Shown here: piece by piece, positions 62,872 through 64,000 of the stretch
How the letters are laid out: each line of letters opens with the position of its first letter
Numbering within the stretch: the stretch's first letter is position 1
DNA from: Squalus acanthias
Lineage: Eukaryota
Length of the DNA: 64,000 bases
NCBI GenBank assembly: GCA_030390025.1
Contig: CM059432.1
Coordinates: 23,686,001 to 23,750,000 of the forward strand
Reading direction: 5' to 3'
Program-made: the position numbers and the translations under genes
Notes under the pieces: model-generated
What the model was told of the DNA's origin: nothing
What the model saw: the letters and a program-made list of their open reading frames with translations, nothing else
Databases searched by the model: none

Positions 62872-64000
62872 ATTTCCAAGTCAGGATGGTGTGTGACTTG
62901 GAGGGGAACTTGGAGGTGGTGGTGTTCCCATGCGCCTGATGACCTTGTCCTTCTAGGTGGTAGAGGTCACGGGTTTGGGAGGTGCTGCTGAAGAAGCCTT
63001 GGCGAGTTGCTGCAGTGCATCATGTAGATGGTACACACTGCAGCCACGTTATGCCGATGGTGGAGGGAGTGAATGTTGAAGGTGGTAGAGGATGGAATGC
63101 CAATCAAACGGGCTGCTTTGTCCTGGATGGTGTCACACTTCTTGAGTGTTGTTGGAGCTGCACTCATCCAGCCAAGTGGAGAGTATTCCATCACTCTCCT
63201 GACTTGTGCCTTGTAGATGGTGGAAAGGCTTTGGGGAGTCAGGAGGTGAGTCACTCACTGCAGAATACCCAGCCTCTGACCTGCTCTTGTTGCCACAGTA
63301 TTTACGTGGCTGGTCCAGTTAGGTTTCTGGTCAATAGTGACCCCCCCCAGGATGTTGATGGTGGGGGATTCGATGATGGTAATGCCGTTGAATGTCAAGG
63401 GGCGGTGGCTAGACACTCTCTTGTTGGGAAATAGACATTGCCTGGCACTTGTGTGGCACGAATGTTACTTGCCACTAATCAGCCCAAGCCTGAATGTCGT
63501 CCAGGTCTTGCTACATGCGGGCACGGACTGCTTCATTATCTGAGGAGTTGCGAATGAAATCATCAGTGAACATCCCCACTTCTGACTTATGATTGAGGGA
63601 AGGTCATTGATGAAGCAGCTGAAGATGGTTGGGTCTAGGACACTGCCCTGAGGATCTCCTACAGCGATGTCCTGGGGCTGAGATAATTGGCCTCCAACAA
63701 CCACAACCATCTTCCTTTGTGCTAGGTATGACTCCAGCCAGTAGAGAGCTTTCCCCCTGATTTCCATTGACTTCAATTTTACTAGGGCTCCTTGATGCCA
63801 CACTCGGTCAAATACTACCTTGATGTCAAGGGCAGTCACTCTCACCTCACCTTAGGAATCCAGCTCTTTTTGCCATGTTTGGACCAAGGCTGTAATGAGG
63901 TCTGGAGCCGAGTTATCCTGGCGGAACCCAAACTGAGCACCAGTGAGCAGGTTATTGGTGAGTAAGTGCTGCTTGATAGCACTGTCGCCGACCCCTTCCC
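62872..64000 (-). mobile_element. Crack/Daphne-like LINE (same family as 32310-34220), runs off the window end
   Basis: VTALDIKVVFDRVWHQG, PQGSVLDP and MEYSPLGWMSAAPTTLKK. Confidence 0.9.

Overview
Eukaryotic, repeat-rich vertebrate DNA. The repeat inventory (HE1/V-SINE, SacSINE1-like DeuSINE, CR1, L2, Penelope) points to a cartilaginous fish, which is an inference. The window lies inside a + strand FAM135B-like gene. Four internal coding exons (4731-4870, 45510-45580, 53790-53963, 57257-57383) splice in frame through canonical AG/GT sites, and the first intron is about 40.6 kb. Most of the rest is transposon debris: 5'-truncated CR1, L2 and Crack/Daphne-like LINEs, SINEs, PIF/Harbinger-like MITEs with 3-bp TSDs, a Myb/SANT-bearing Harbinger derivative, a solo LTR, and Penelope elements with minimal hammerhead ribozyme motifs. 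The least explained region is about 15.2-19 kb. It holds a CpG-rich island with a duplicated CCAAT + CDE/CHR promoter-like module. Each copy precedes a minus-strand exon ending in a strong donor, and one exon resembles a decayed SLC22A15 first exon. Next to it, a Penelope insertion carries an inverted copy of local flanking DNA inside its TSD. All family assignments were made by eye from recalled consensus sequences, with no database search, and boundaries of old repeats are approximate.
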